A stretch of 64,000 nt of DNA from Planctomycetota bacterium. Its GTDB lineage: Bacteria; Planctomycetota; UBA1135. The position numbers were made by a program, and so were the translations under genes. Below are positions 9,497 through 19,585 of the stretch, one piece after another (the first letter of the stretch is position 1; every line of letters begins with the position of its first letter). The stretch covers positions 1 through 64,000 of the forward strand of contig JASFYO010000003.1 of NCBI GenBank assembly GCA_045047305.1, read 5' to 3'. Under the pieces are notes generated by a model. The model had not been told where the DNA came from and did no database searches. It saw nothing but the letters and a program-made list of their open reading frames with translations.

Positions 9497-10744
9497 TTAA
9501 GATTCGGCGCGACCGAGTAACTGGCGAAGGCATTCCTGCAACGTTTCGCGAAGGCTGGTGAAGCCTTCGTAGTAACAGGTGATGCACGGCTTTTGCCCGG
9601 CCTGATTACATACCTCGCGTGCCTTCTTGGTGAAGGTCGTGCGATTCCAGTGGAGGATGACAAGTGCGTCGTAGCGGGTATTCATATCTGTTCCTAGCTT
9701 GTCCATTTCTTTGTGCCAGGAGACGTACTCCGCCATGCGCCAGGTACTGTGGAAGCCCATGACTTCCGCGTATTCCTGCAACTTGTCGCGATGCCGGAAC
9801 TGTGGTTCGCCTCCTCCAACCACGAGCACTCGAAACGGCAAACCCGTTGCGGCCATTTGAATCGCTAGATCCTGTTCCTTTTGTAATAAAGGGCGGTTGT
9901 GGAAAGAAGGTACATTTTCCTCTTCCAAGGCATAAAACCGATCGCGGTCTTCGAGGCATGCGCGCAAGTCATCACGTTCCCAGCTAAGTAAGTCGAGTTT
10001 CGATTGTGCGAGATGTAGACGTTGACGTGCATCTTCAGCTTCGTCTACCAAAGCCTTTTCACGCTCTGATGCGGATGAGGTATCCGCCAACTTCTTTTTC
10101 CAGTTTGCAGCGCGAGCTTCGGCCTCGCGACATTCGGAAACCGCATCCACCAACTGTTCCTGCAATTCGGTCCGACGCTTGCGCTCACGCCCAATCTCTT
10201 CCTCTAGGTGTGCCTGCGCTCGACGCGCTTTCAACAGTTGTTGCTTCAACCCCGCAGCTTTTCCCTGCGATGCCTGGCCACTCACGACGTCGGGTTTTTC
10301 TTTGTGCGACACCGGCTTCACGATTTCATCTCGCGCTATTGGAATCCACTCTTGCCAAGCGAGAAGGTGTTCTTGCACACGAGAACGCGCATCGGCTTGT
10401 GCTAGAACAAGGTCGGCAGCCAAAGCTTCGAGCAAGGCTTCCGGTGTCTGTTGCGCGGCGTCTTCGAGGCGGAACTCCATCTTGCGCGCCGCCACCGGCA
10501 AGGCATCCCATAGCGCTTGCACCGTGGCACGACGCAGTTTGGGATGCTGTGGGAGAATCGCGGAAACCTGCACGGCTAGGCTCAAACTTCCGGCTTTGCG
10601 CCGCCCAGCAACCTTGGTTAAAGCCTGGAGTGTGGTCGGATTCAGGAATCGTTCCAATAAACCAGCCAATAGCGCCACATCGCGGCTTAAAAATAAGAGT
10701 GCGGAATCGAGTGCGCCCTTGCCCTGAACCTCATCACCGTGCAT
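9497..10744 (-). CDS. Coiled-coil protein with C-terminal DUF2325-like domain
   Basis: Long E/K/R/A-rich helical region followed by a small alpha/beta domain starting RVLVVGG. Confidence 0.6.
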   Translation of the reverse strand: MHGDEVQGKGALDSALLFLSRDVALLAGLLERFLNPTTLQALTKVAGRRKAGSLSLAVQVSAILPQHPKLRRATVQALWDALPVAARKMEFRLEDAAQQTPEALLEALAADLVLAQADARSRVQEHLLAWQEWIPIARDEIVKPVSHKEKPDVVSGQASQGKAAGLKQQLLKARRAQAHLEEEIGRERKRRTELQEQLVDAVSECREAEARAANWKKKLADTSSASEREKALVDEAEDARQRLHLAQSKLDLLSWERDDLRACLEDRDRFYALEEENVPSFHNRPLLQKEQDLAIQMAATGLPFRVLVVGGGEPQFRHRDKLQEYAEVMGFHSTWRMAEYVSWHKEMDKLGTDMNTRYDALVILHWNRTTFTKKAREVCNQAGQKPCITCYYEGFTSLRETLQECLRQLLGRAES

Positions 10745-10766
10745 GTAGGGAGGTTAACATATTGGC

Positions 10767-12065
10767 TTGAAGTTCCTCTCATGCACCGCCTTGCTTCTCG
10801 CCACAACCGTCATGCTGAGTTGTGGTTCAGAGCAAGCCGCTCCCTTGCCGCCGCCCCACGTTTTGTTGGTGGTTGTGGATACGTTGCGCGCGGATCATCT
10901 CACTGCTTACGGCTACACCGTGCATGATACGACACCGGTTTTGCAAAGCTTAGCTGACGATCCGCTAGGCAAGGTCTACCACGGCATGTTGGGTTCCAGT
11001 TCCTGGACCAAGCCTGGAGTGGCCACTTTATTTACTGGACTCGATCCACGCGATCACGGAGTGATGCGTTTGGTGGGGAAAGGCAGTAAGTTAAAGGATC
11101 CATTTACACTTGCCGCAGAGTTCTCCAAAGGCGGATATGCCACTGCTTGTGTGATGAGTAATTTTCTTCTCAGCCGCCGCATGCATTCTGGTTTTGAAGC
11201 GGGCTTTGATTTCTACGATGACACCGTTGCGGATAAAAAGGATCCTCATCGTGGTTCCACGGCAGCGCAAATCACTAATTCTGGTTTGGCATGGATGCAA
11301 CAGCAGACAGAAGCCAAGCCGTGGATGCTAGTGTTGCACTATTTTGACCCACACGCTAGTTTCGAGGACCATCCAGAGGTAGATTGGGTGGACCCCAATT
11401 ACTCCGGTTGGGTGGTCGGTGGTGCCTCGACCGACTTGCTACGTGAAAAGGAGAAATCGCTTACTCCGGGGGACACCGCGGCCCTTCATGCCTACTACGA
11501 TGAAGAAATTTATGCTGTCGACCATCAAATCGGCCGTGTCTTCGAGGCCTTAAAGCAACAAGGCTTGTGGGAGAACACCGTGGTTCTATTTACTGCTGAC
11601 CATGGCGAGGAATTGGGGGAGCGCGGCCACATCGGGCATACTCAAACTCTGCGTACCGAGTTGGTAGACATTCCCTTTGTCGTGCGCGTGCCAGAGGCAT
11701 ATCAGAAGAGTTGGAAAATGCCGGAATCGCCTAGCGGAGGCTATGCCATGCGCCAAATTTATGCATCCATGCTGACGGTTGCGGGCTTGCCTCTACCTGA
11801 GGGGCGCAGCACCGATGCACCGGCTTTTCTAACTTCGCAAGTCGACTTTGTGCCCGTGCGCAAAGACCATCTTGAAAAGTATGTGCAGAAACGTGCGATT
11901 CGAAAAAATGGCCTGCACTACATATTGGATACTCGCAATGGGGAAGAGTTGCTGTTTGACCTCAAGGCTGACCCGCGCATGATGTCGCCACTTCCGCCAG
12001 ATCATTCCGGCTGGCAATCGATGCGTCTTGCTTTGCAAGAACCAGTTTTTTGGGAGGAGTATTGA
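10767..12065 (+). CDS. Sulfatase-like (alkaline phosphatase superfamily) lipoprotein
   Basis: Lipobox MLSC, VVVDTLRADH, SSWTKPGVATLFTG, HYFDPH, TADHGEE. Confidence 0.85.
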   Translation: MKFLSCTALLLATTVMLSCGSEQAAPLPPPHVLLVVVDTLRADHLTAYGYTVHDTTPVLQSLADDPLGKVYHGMLGSSSWTKPGVATLFTGLDPRDHGVMRLVGKGSKLKDPFTLAAEFSKGGYATACVMSNFLLSRRMHSGFEAGFDFYDDTVADKKDPHRGSTAAQITNSGLAWMQQQTEAKPWMLVLHYFDPHASFEDHPEVDWVDPNYSGWVVGGASTDLLREKEKSLTPGDTAALHAYYDEEIYAVDHQIGRVFEALKQQGLWENTVVLFTADHGEELGERGHIGHTQTLRTELVDIPFVVRVPEAYQKSWKMPESPSGGYAMRQIYASMLTVAGLPLPEGRSTDAPAFLTSQVDFVPVRKDHLEKYVQKRAIRKNGLHYILDTRNGEELLFDLKADPRMMSPLPPDHSGWQSMRLALQEPVFWEEY

Positions 12066-13111
12066 GCGCAATCGCGGAGCGGTTGGATGGACCACTTGGT
12101 TTGATCCTTGCGCCACTAGGTTGGGTATTTTCCCATCTAGCGAGGGCGCGGGTTTGCGCATTTCAACGTGGGTGGAAGCATGCGGTGAAGCCTCCGCGTC
12201 CGACTTTGTCGATTGGGAATATCTCAGCGGGGGGCACCGGAAAAACACCGTTGCTCTTCCACGCTTTAGATTGGTTTGAGCGCCACGAAGCTCGGGTTGG
12301 CGTTCTCTCTCGTGGTTACGGGGGTGATGAGGGACGCATGCTGGAGGAGCGCTTTCCGAAGGTTTTGCTGGCAGAGGGTGCCGACCGCGTTTCCGCTATG
12401 AACTCCTTACTACAGGAAAAGGAGCCACCCGAGATGTTCCTTCTCGACGACGGTTTTCAGCATCTGCGTTTGCAGCGCGACATCGACATTGTGGTGGTGG
12501 ATGCACTGCGCCCCTTTGGTCGCTGCTTCCCAGCTGGTATTTTCCGCGAATCGATTCAGGCCTTAAAACGTGCTGATTTGGTGGTTATGTCACGTGCGGA
12601 ATTTGTCACCGAAGAAGAACGTTTAGCCATCTGGAAACGCGTGCATCAAGTACGCGATGCGGATCATCCATTGCCGCGGGTTGAAGGCGGCGTGGTTGCG
12701 CGCGATTTGCGCAACCTGAAAGACGGACGCATCCTTGCACTGCGAGAGATGTCCGGTCAGGAAGTGCAGCTCGCTGCTGGTATTGGGAATCACGATTCGT
12801 TTTTACGCCTGGTTCACGCCAAAGGATTGAAGGTTAAGGAATATGCACGTTTAGCTGACCATTACGCGTGGAGTGCGGAAGACGTCGCGCGTCTGGGGGA
12901 TGCATGTCCTCTCATCGTGACTGAAAAAGACGGCGTGAAACTGCGCCCCTTTGCCGGAGACCATTGCTGGGAGTTACGCGTGGATTGGGCCTTTCGGCTA
13001 GGCGAAGAAGCTTGGGAACAATGTCTTGCCGATTTACATTTACCGATTCGGGCGGCGCGGATTGAGCCTTTGTGGGCGGCTCATGACCCGGATGGAAGGG
13101 GCGGAGCATGA
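12062..13111 (+). CDS. lpxK: Tetraacyldisaccharide 4'-kinase
   Basis: SIGNISAGGTGKTP, LSRGYG, LLDDGFQH, PAGIFRE, TEKDGVK; TTG start overlaps the upstream stop. Confidence 0.93.
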   Translation: MSAIAERLDGPLGLILAPLGWVFSHLARARVCAFQRGWKHAVKPPRPTLSIGNISAGGTGKTPLLFHALDWFERHEARVGVLSRGYGGDEGRMLEERFPKVLLAEGADRVSAMNSLLQEKEPPEMFLLDDGFQHLRLQRDIDIVVVDALRPFGRCFPAGIFRESIQALKRADLVVMSRAEFVTEEERLAIWKRVHQVRDADHPLPRVEGGVVARDLRNLKDGRILALREMSGQEVQLAAGIGNHDSFLRLVHAKGLKVKEYARLADHYAWSAEDVARLGDACPLIVTEKDGVKLRPFAGDHCWELRVDWAFRLGEEAWEQCLADLHLPIRAARIEPLWAAHDPDGRGGA

Positions 13112-14064
13112 GTCGCCTGCGCCAGTTGCGAAAACGATTACGTCGACGTTGGAAACGCCAACCTGGAGTGATTCCATGGTTGCTATATCAACCGATGCGC
13201 TTGTTCGTTGCGGTTTTGCGGTTGCTACCGAGCACTTGGATGTTTGCCGTGGCCCGCAGTATTGCTCGTCTTGCATGGTGGTCACCTCGCCGCCGACGTG
13301 TTGGCCGCTTTCATATCGCGCAGGCCTTCCCAAACCTAAGCCGCGAACAGCGCGATGTCATCCTCAAAAAATCCTGTGGGCAACTCGGTCAGGAGGCTGC
13401 CGAGATTCTCGTCTACAGCGAAAAACTGCGTGAAGGTTTTTTGGATCACATCCACTTTGAAAATGGCGCACGCGAGGCTCTAGACTCCTTGAAAGGAAAG
13501 GGGGCGGTGTTGGTGCAGGCACACCTCGGAGCCTTTGAGCTCGGTGGCGGAGCGCTTGGCCAGCTTGATATGAATCCGGCTTTCCCCATGCGCATGCCGA
13601 ATAATTATTACCTCGGACGCGATTTAGTGGAAGGCCGCGCGGGCTGGGGTGTGACCTTGATACCGCGTCAAGGCGCCGTGCGCAAAATGATGGCTCATCT
13701 GCGTACGGGCGGTTCGGTGGTCCTTGCCACCGACCAAAATGCGCACCACGCCCCGATTTTTGTGCCTTGGTTTGGCCATTTGGCTGCCACCGAACGTGCA
13801 GCGGCTTCCTTAGTACTCAAGCTAGGAGCTCCGTTGCTGGTATTCTGGTGCGTCCGCGGCGACGAAATAGGCCATTGGACCCTTGGCTGCGAAATCATCG
13901 AACCGGGTGGCGAACGGGGCAAAGCTTCCGACGCGGCTGTCTTAGCCTTAAATCAACGCATTCATCATTGCCTCGAAGGTGCGATTCGTAAACACCCCGA
14001 ACAATACCTTTGGATTCACGATCGTTACCGCACTCGCCCTCAAACAGATCACTCGACCTCATGA
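13108..14064 (+). CDS. Lipid A late acyltransferase (LpxL/HtrB family)
   Basis: AHLGAFE (HxxxxE), DQN, VPWFG, PEQYLWIHDRY. Confidence 0.88.
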   Translation: MSRLRQLRKRLRRRWKRQPGVIPWLLYQPMRLFVAVLRLLPSTWMFAVARSIARLAWWSPRRRRVGRFHIAQAFPNLSREQRDVILKKSCGQLGQEAAEILVYSEKLREGFLDHIHFENGAREALDSLKGKGAVLVQAHLGAFELGGGALGQLDMNPAFPMRMPNNYYLGRDLVEGRAGWGVTLIPRQGAVRKMMAHLRTGGSVVLATDQNAHHAPIFVPWFGHLAATERAAASLVLKLGAPLLVFWCVRGDEIGHWTLGCEIIEPGGERGKASDAAVLALNQRIHHCLEGAIRKHPEQYLWIHDRYRTRPQTDHSTS

Positions 14065-15524
14065 GTAACTCCCTTCACGAACTTATTCCTGCATTACAGG
14101 AGCTCGGGCACCCGCGCATCGCGGTGGTTGGCGATTTCATGTTGGATCGTTATCTCTGGGGCGACGCCGGACGGGTGAGTCCAGAAGCGCCGGTGCCCGT
14201 GGTGCATGCGCATCGCGAAGAAGACCGGCTTGGTGGCGCTGGTAACGTGGTTGCAAATTTGGTTGGCCTTGGTGCTCAAGTTTCGTGCTTCGGCGCATTA
14301 GGTGACGATGCATCTGCCTCGCTCATGATTGGTGTCTTGCAGCAACTTGGCGCGGAAACGGATGGCATGGAGCGTTGTAGTGATCGTCCAACCATCCAAA
14401 AAATCCGAGTCATGGCGCGCAACCAGCAGATGCTGCGTGTGGATCGGGAAGAGAGTCGAGCCTTAAGTGCAGATGCGGAGAAATCCGTTTTGGAATCGCT
14501 GTGTGCAGCAAGTTGGGATGCGGTGGTGCTTTCCGACTATGGCAAAGGCACGCTCTCGGAGTCGCTCACCGCTGCCATCTTGCAAGAGGCGAAACGTCGT
14601 GCCGTGCCGAGTTTGGTGGATCCAAAACATCGCGACTTTCGGCGTTACCAAGGTGCGACTCTGGTCACCCCAAACCGCTTGGAGGCTGAAGCTGCTGCCG
14701 GCTGCAGCTTAGACACCATGGAGAAGCTTGCCGAGCAAGGTGAACGCTTGCGTGCCGATGCTGGATTAGGCGCATTACTGATTACGCTTGGCGCCGAAGG
14801 CATGTTTCTGATGCCAGAGGGGGAAGAACCTCTGCATCTGCCTACGGCAGCACGCCAGGTCTACGATGTCACCGGTGCCGGCGATACCGTAATCGCAACC
14901 CTCGCGATTGCTCTAGGCCACGGCTATGACTTTGAGTTGGCGGTTCGTTTGGCCAATGCCTCCGCTGGATTAGCGGTTGCTAAAGTTGGCACCACTGCGG
15001 TGGGGCGCGAAGAACTTTTGCACATGTTGCGCGCCAGCACTCCGGCGGGGAAAATCCTCGCGGCCAACGATAACGCCGCACTGCAAGCAGCACTCTCCGC
15101 ATTTCGTCTAGAAGGCCGTCGCATTGTTTTTACCAACGGCTGTTTCGACATCTTGCACGCAGGACATGTGCGTTATCTGCGCGCTGCTCGCGGTTTAGGA
15201 GATGTCCTCGTACTGGGACTCAACAGCGACGCCTCGGTTAGCCGCCTCAAGGGGCCAGAGCGTCCGTTTAATGTAATCGAAGACCGCGCCGAAGTTTTGG
15301 CGGGATTGGAATGCATCGATTTAGTCGTTGCGTTTGAGCAGGACACTCCAGAGTTACTGATTCAAAGCATCCAGCCAGACATTTTGGTGAAGGGCGCAGA
15401 CTGGCGCGGAAAAGGCGTTGCCGGCGCTGAGTTTGTCGAGCGCAACGGTGGGGAAGTGCAGTTCATTGACTTGCTTCCTGGCCGCAGCACCACCGGGCTC
15501 GCGGATCGTATTCGCAATCGATAG
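14061..15524 (+). CDS. hldE: Bifunctional heptose-7-P kinase / heptose-1-P adenylyltransferase
   Basis: RVSPEAPVPV, SDYGKG, DVTGAGDT, FTNGCFDILHAGH. Confidence 0.96.
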   Translation: MSNSLHELIPALQELGHPRIAVVGDFMLDRYLWGDAGRVSPEAPVPVVHAHREEDRLGGAGNVVANLVGLGAQVSCFGALGDDASASLMIGVLQQLGAETDGMERCSDRPTIQKIRVMARNQQMLRVDREESRALSADAEKSVLESLCAASWDAVVLSDYGKGTLSESLTAAILQEAKRRAVPSLVDPKHRDFRRYQGATLVTPNRLEAEAAAGCSLDTMEKLAEQGERLRADAGLGALLITLGAEGMFLMPEGEEPLHLPTAARQVYDVTGAGDTVIATLAIALGHGYDFELAVRLANASAGLAVAKVGTTAVGREELLHMLRASTPAGKILAANDNAALQAALSAFRLEGRRIVFTNGCFDILHAGHVRYLRAARGLGDVLVLGLNSDASVSRLKGPERPFNVIEDRAEVLAGLECIDLVVAFEQDTPELLIQSIQPDILVKGADWRGKGVAGAEFVERNGGEVQFIDLLPGRSTTGLADRIRNR

Positions 15525-15536
15525 GCGCATTTGTTG

Positions 15537-16364
15537 ATGCTCCACCAGCAGCGACCACCAGTTTGGGTCTTGCCTTGCGGCATAGTTTCGGGCATGGTTT
15601 CGGGCTTGCTTGGCGTCGGTGGAGGCTTGGTCGTCAGCCCGGTGCTGTTGCTCAGCGGCCTGCCATTGCGCAAGGCAACGGGGACCGCCCTTGCGGTGAT
15701 TCCTTTGGTCGCACTGATGGCGGTCATTGCCGACGTCATCACCTTGCCGGGAAACCTACGTGTCGCACTGGCTGCTGCGGTTGCTCTTGGCGGACCGTTT
15801 GGGGTACGCATCGGACGCCTAGTGGAAGAGCGTTTACCGGCGAAAACGCTTAGCACTCTTTTTCAGTTGCTTCTTGTACTTACGGCTTTGCGCAGCCTTG
15901 GTCTGTGGGGTGATCTTCCAGGAGAAGCACTTGCCGGCGTCGCAGCGGGAAACTTCTGGATGCAACAAGGCTTGGCCGTTTTGCTCGGTGTCATAGCAGG
16001 CATTTGCTCGGTGCTGTTTGGTGTAGGAGGAGGCGTTGTGGTGGTTCCGGGCCTCATCTTTTTGGTTGGCGGTGTCGATTTCCGTGCCGCTACCGCCGCG
16101 AGTTTGTTGGCGATGGTGCCGACGACTTTGTTTTCGGTTCGCGCGGCGGTGGCGAGTCAACGCGTAGAGAAAGCGTTCATCCCAAAACTCCTCCTCGGGG
16201 CAATCCCAGCCTCCGCACTTGCCGTTTGGCTACGCAACGCATGGATGAAACCCCAAATACTCAGCATCCTATTTGGGGTATTCTTGCTTTTTGTGGCCCT
16301 GAAGTTGAGCCTTAAGCGCGGTGTTACCGACGGTTCGGGTCCGCGCTCGCCACGTAAATCTTGA
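15537..16364 (+). CDS. TauE/SafE-family (TSUP) transporter
   Basis: Duplicated GLLGVGGG / VLFGVGGG motifs, about 8 TM helices. Confidence 0.85.
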   Translation: MLHQQRPPVWVLPCGIVSGMVSGLLGVGGGLVVSPVLLLSGLPLRKATGTALAVIPLVALMAVIADVITLPGNLRVALAAAVALGGPFGVRIGRLVEERLPAKTLSTLFQLLLVLTALRSLGLWGDLPGEALAGVAAGNFWMQQGLAVLLGVIAGICSVLFGVGGGVVVVPGLIFLVGGVDFRAATAASLLAMVPTTLFSVRAAVASQRVEKAFIPKLLLGAIPASALAVWLRNAWMKPQILSILFGVFLLFVALKLSLKRGVTDGSGPRSPRKS

Positions 16365-17262
16365 CTCGGTCACGGCCGGAGTCTTTGGCCCAATACAGCG
16401 CGCGGTCGGCTTGCTCTACCAAGTCTAGAAGCTCCGCACGATCGGAACCTTCTGCTGATGCCGTGCCAAAGCTAGCGGTAACCTGCAAGGTCTGCCCCAA
16501 GTCGGTGGTAAAACGCATGCTCGCTAATTGCTGCCGGCAACGTTCTGCAACTTCCGCGCACTGAATGATGTCGGCGCCTGGTAATGCGATGAGGAATTCC
16601 TCACCACCCCAGCGTCCAACATAGTCACCGCCACGAATGCTAGAGGCGAAGCTTTCAGCCGCGCCTTTCAGCACCAAGTCGCCAACCGGATGGCCATAAT
16701 TGTCGTTCACGGCTTTAAAGTGATCAATGTCGATCATGATCATGCCCAGCGGCCTACGCTCTCGACGCATGCGGTCTTCATCTAAACGCATCGTGTCGAG
16801 CATGGCGCGACGGTTCATCAGTTGGGTTAGCCCATCGGTGCGAGCCAGATGAGTAGCCTCTTCCTTTTGTCGTTGCAACTCAGCTTGTAGCGAAAGAATG
16901 CGTTCTCCATTTGCCAAACGAGCTTTGAGCTCGAGATGGTGGAAGGGTTTGGTGATGAAGTCGTTGGCTCCGGCTTGCATGCCGCAAGCAAGATCTTCTG
17001 AGCTTTCTTTGCTGGTGAGAAGAATGACGAAGCAAAGGTTTTCACTTCCGGCTTCACTCTCACGGATTTTGGCGCACAGGCCGGGGCCGTCTAGGTTTGG
17101 CATCATCCAATCGGTGATAACCATGCGCGCAGAATGCTTTTGATAGAGATCAAAGGCTTCCTTGCCGTCTTTCGCGATAAGGACTTCATGTCCCCAGCCT
17201 TCCAGCTGTTTTGCGAGGACACGCCGTCCGACCATTTCGTCGTCTGCGATAAGTATTTTCAT
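16324..17262 (-). CDS. Response-regulator diguanylate cyclase (REC-GGDEF)
   Basis: REC (ADDE, DWMMP, KP); intact GGEEF with RGGD I-site. Confidence 0.93.
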   Translation of the reverse strand: MKILIADDEMVGRRVLAKQLEGWGHEVLIAKDGKEAFDLYQKHSARMVITDWMMPNLDGPGLCAKIRESEAGSENLCFVILLTSKESSEDLACGMQAGANDFITKPFHHLELKARLANGERILSLQAELQRQKEEATHLARTDGLTQLMNRRAMLDTMRLDEDRMRRERRPLGMIMIDIDHFKAVNDNYGHPVGDLVLKGAAESFASSIRGGDYVGRWGGEEFLIALPGADIIQCAEVAERCRQQLASMRFTTDLGQTLQVTASFGTASAEGSDRAELLDLVEQADRALYWAKDSGRDRVKIYVASADPNRR

Positions 17263-19421
17263 GACTCGAGGGAGGAGGTATTGACTTTGCTGCCCCAGAC
17301 GCGAAGCGCCTCGGTCAGTTGGTCACGAGTAAAGGGTTTAGTCAGGTGATCGTCCATGCCGGCGTCACGGCTACGTTGCCTTTCTTCGGCAGTGGCGTGG
17401 GCGGTCAAGGCAAGGATTGGGATTTCTTTGCCATCTGGTAGGGCGCGGATAGCTCGACAAGCATCGTGTCCACCCATGACAGGCATTTGCAGGTCCATCA
17501 AGATGAGGTCCGCGCCTTCAGCCTGGAATGCTTGGACTGCTTGTTTACCGTCGGGTTGATGGTTTACCGTATGCCCCATTTTTTCCAACATGCGGCGCAC
17601 AATCAAAGCATTGGTTGGATGGTCCTCCGCAACTAAGATGCGCAGGCCGGTAACTACTTGCGTTTGCTTTGCAGCAGAGACCGAGTGCTCTTGAGCTTGT
17701 TCTATCAGTGCATCCAGCGCCTTGGCATCTGGGGTTCCTTTGAGATAGCAGAAGGGAGACACGCCATTCTCCATGGCATCGGCGGGGGGGGCATCGGTGA
17801 ACACCGCGGTGCACTGGAAGTGACGCAGGAATGCACTTACCAACTTGGGGTCAGTTTCAAAAGAGGCCTGATCCAGGAACAGGAAGCGGTGGGTTTTTTC
17901 CTTGCGGAAACATTCACGGGCGACGTTCCACATTTCAGTGTTGAAGCCGGCGCAATGGGCTTCAGCGCCAGCAACGGACAGGGCTTGGACTAAATTCGTG
18001 GAGTTGGAGCCAACCACCACAATATTGCATGGGTTTTGAAGTCGGCTGCGCTCGGCATCGCAGAGTGGGAGAATGGCGCAAAAGACACTACCTTGATCGA
18101 CTTCGCTGCTGACGGTTAAGCGCCCGCCCATGAGTTCTACCAAGCTTCGCGTGATGGTAAGCCCAAGCCCCGTGCCACCAAAGTTTCGCGTGGTCGACCC
18201 ATCGGCTTGGGTAAAACTCTCGAAGATTTTCTCCAGGCGGTCGGCGGGAATGCCCACGCCATCGTCGGCGACAGCGAGTGCTAGTTGTGGCAGATTATCT
18301 TGATGGGAAAACACGACCTTGGCTGAAACGCGAATCGAACCCTCTGCAGTGAACTTCACCGCATTGCCAAGCAAGTTATGCACAATCTGACGCATGCGAT
18401 TCGGGTCCCCAAGTAAGGTTTGAGGGAGGCTCGAGTCGTAATCCAGTTTAATCTCGACTTTGGCGCTTCCGCTTAGGCGGTGCAGGTCCAAAGTGTCGTC
18501 GAGGACCGTTTTTAGTTTGTAAGGGACATGTTCTATGTCCATTTTCCCAGCTTCAATTTTAGAGAAGTCAAGCAATGCATCGATGAGGTGCAACAAGCTG
18601 TGCCCACACCTGCGGGCAGTTTCTAGGCAGTTCCGTTGATCTTCACTTAACTCTGATTCTAGAGCGAGGTCGGTCATGCCAAGAATGCCATTCATTGGAG
18701 TCCGAATCTCATGACTGATATTCGCGAGGAACTCTTGTTTGGCAGTATTCGCAGATTCCGCGCGCTTTACCGCAACTTGAAGATTTTTCTTTGCAGCACC
18801 AAGATCACTCATGATCTCCGAATTTTGATAGCGGCGAATTAGGGATTGCTGATGGACAAGATTTGCCTTCTTGACCCCGACTCCACAGAAAAGGAAAAAT
18901 ACCGATGCCATCGTTGCAATGGCATAGTCAGGCTGAGGCGCGGTGAACATGCCTACAATCGGAGGAATCAAGAGCAGGGAACTAAACAGAGCGTAACTCT
19001 TGAGACGCGCGGAAAGAGTGACCACCGAAGACGCCGTGATTCCGGCAAAGACCATCATGAAGAAGGCTCTTCCGCCATCATCTAAGTCCTGGACTGCAAA
19101 CAGAAAACCGAGACTCCAGGCAAGCGCGCAGGCCGAGATGGAAAGCGTGTGTAACTGAAGGTCGGTACTGTCGTAGGTCTTCCTTCTCCGGTAGCGTCGG
19201 AAGTTGGCCGCACGTGCCATCACTGAGGCCACAATTGCGGTGGCCCATAGGCTTAAGGTGAGCGTCGGAATTTGGCTTCCCTTAAATCCAATCACCACGG
19301 CAATGACCAAGAGGTGCCCCACGATCGCACTTTTTTCATTGCGATAAAGGTCAGCAACCAAGGCGTTTTGAACACGTTCTTGATACTGAGGAAAGCGGTC
19401 GATTAACCTTTTGTGGCGCAT
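17259..19421 (-). CDS. Membrane-bound hybrid sensor histidine kinase (HisKA-HATPase-REC)
   Basis: About 5-6 TM helices, SHEIRTPMNG, GNAVKFT, DDGVG, GGTGLGL, C-terminal REC (MDLQMP); start uncertain. Confidence 0.92.
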   Translation of the reverse strand: MRHKRLIDRFPQYQERVQNALVADLYRNEKSAIVGHLLVIAVVIGFKGSQIPTLTLSLWATAIVASVMARAANFRRYRRRKTYDSTDLQLHTLSISACALAWSLGFLFAVQDLDDGGRAFFMMVFAGITASSVVTLSARLKSYALFSSLLLIPPIVGMFTAPQPDYAIATMASVFFLFCGVGVKKANLVHQQSLIRRYQNSEIMSDLGAAKKNLQVAVKRAESANTAKQEFLANISHEIRTPMNGILGMTDLALESELSEDQRNCLETARRCGHSLLHLIDALLDFSKIEAGKMDIEHVPYKLKTVLDDTLDLHRLSGSAKVEIKLDYDSSLPQTLLGDPNRMRQIVHNLLGNAVKFTAEGSIRVSAKVVFSHQDNLPQLALAVADDGVGIPADRLEKIFESFTQADGSTTRNFGGTGLGLTITRSLVELMGGRLTVSSEVDQGSVFCAILPLCDAERSRLQNPCNIVVVGSNSTNLVQALSVAGAEAHCAGFNTEMWNVARECFRKEKTHRFLFLDQASFETDPKLVSAFLRHFQCTAVFTDAPPADAMENGVSPFCYLKGTPDAKALDALIEQAQEHSVSAAKQTQVVTGLRILVAEDHPTNALIVRRMLEKMGHTVNHQPDGKQAVQAFQAEGADLILMDLQMPVMGGHDACRAIRALPDGKEIPILALTAHATAEERQRSRDAGMDDHLTKPFTRDQLTEALRVWGSKVNTSSLES

Positions 19422-19585
19422 TGTGCGTTGAGAGTATGTGTCGAAACTTACGAGACGAACCTCTTCCGAGTTCCGACAGACCTCTATCGGCCAGTTAGGG
19501 CTTAAATCCTGAGTACCCAAGCCCACTTGTTACTCCCGAGGCAGGCCTTGCTAGGGTAAAGGCCATTCCCATCCTGGAGCCCACC

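Noticed and set aside
10006..10770. 254-aa plus-strand ORF
   Set aside because: R/P-rich shadow of the minus-strand coiled-coil gene.
16324..16364. 41-bp convergent overlap of tauE and the diguanylate cyclase
   Set aside because: Short tail-to-tail overlaps are common in compact genomes; no sign of function.
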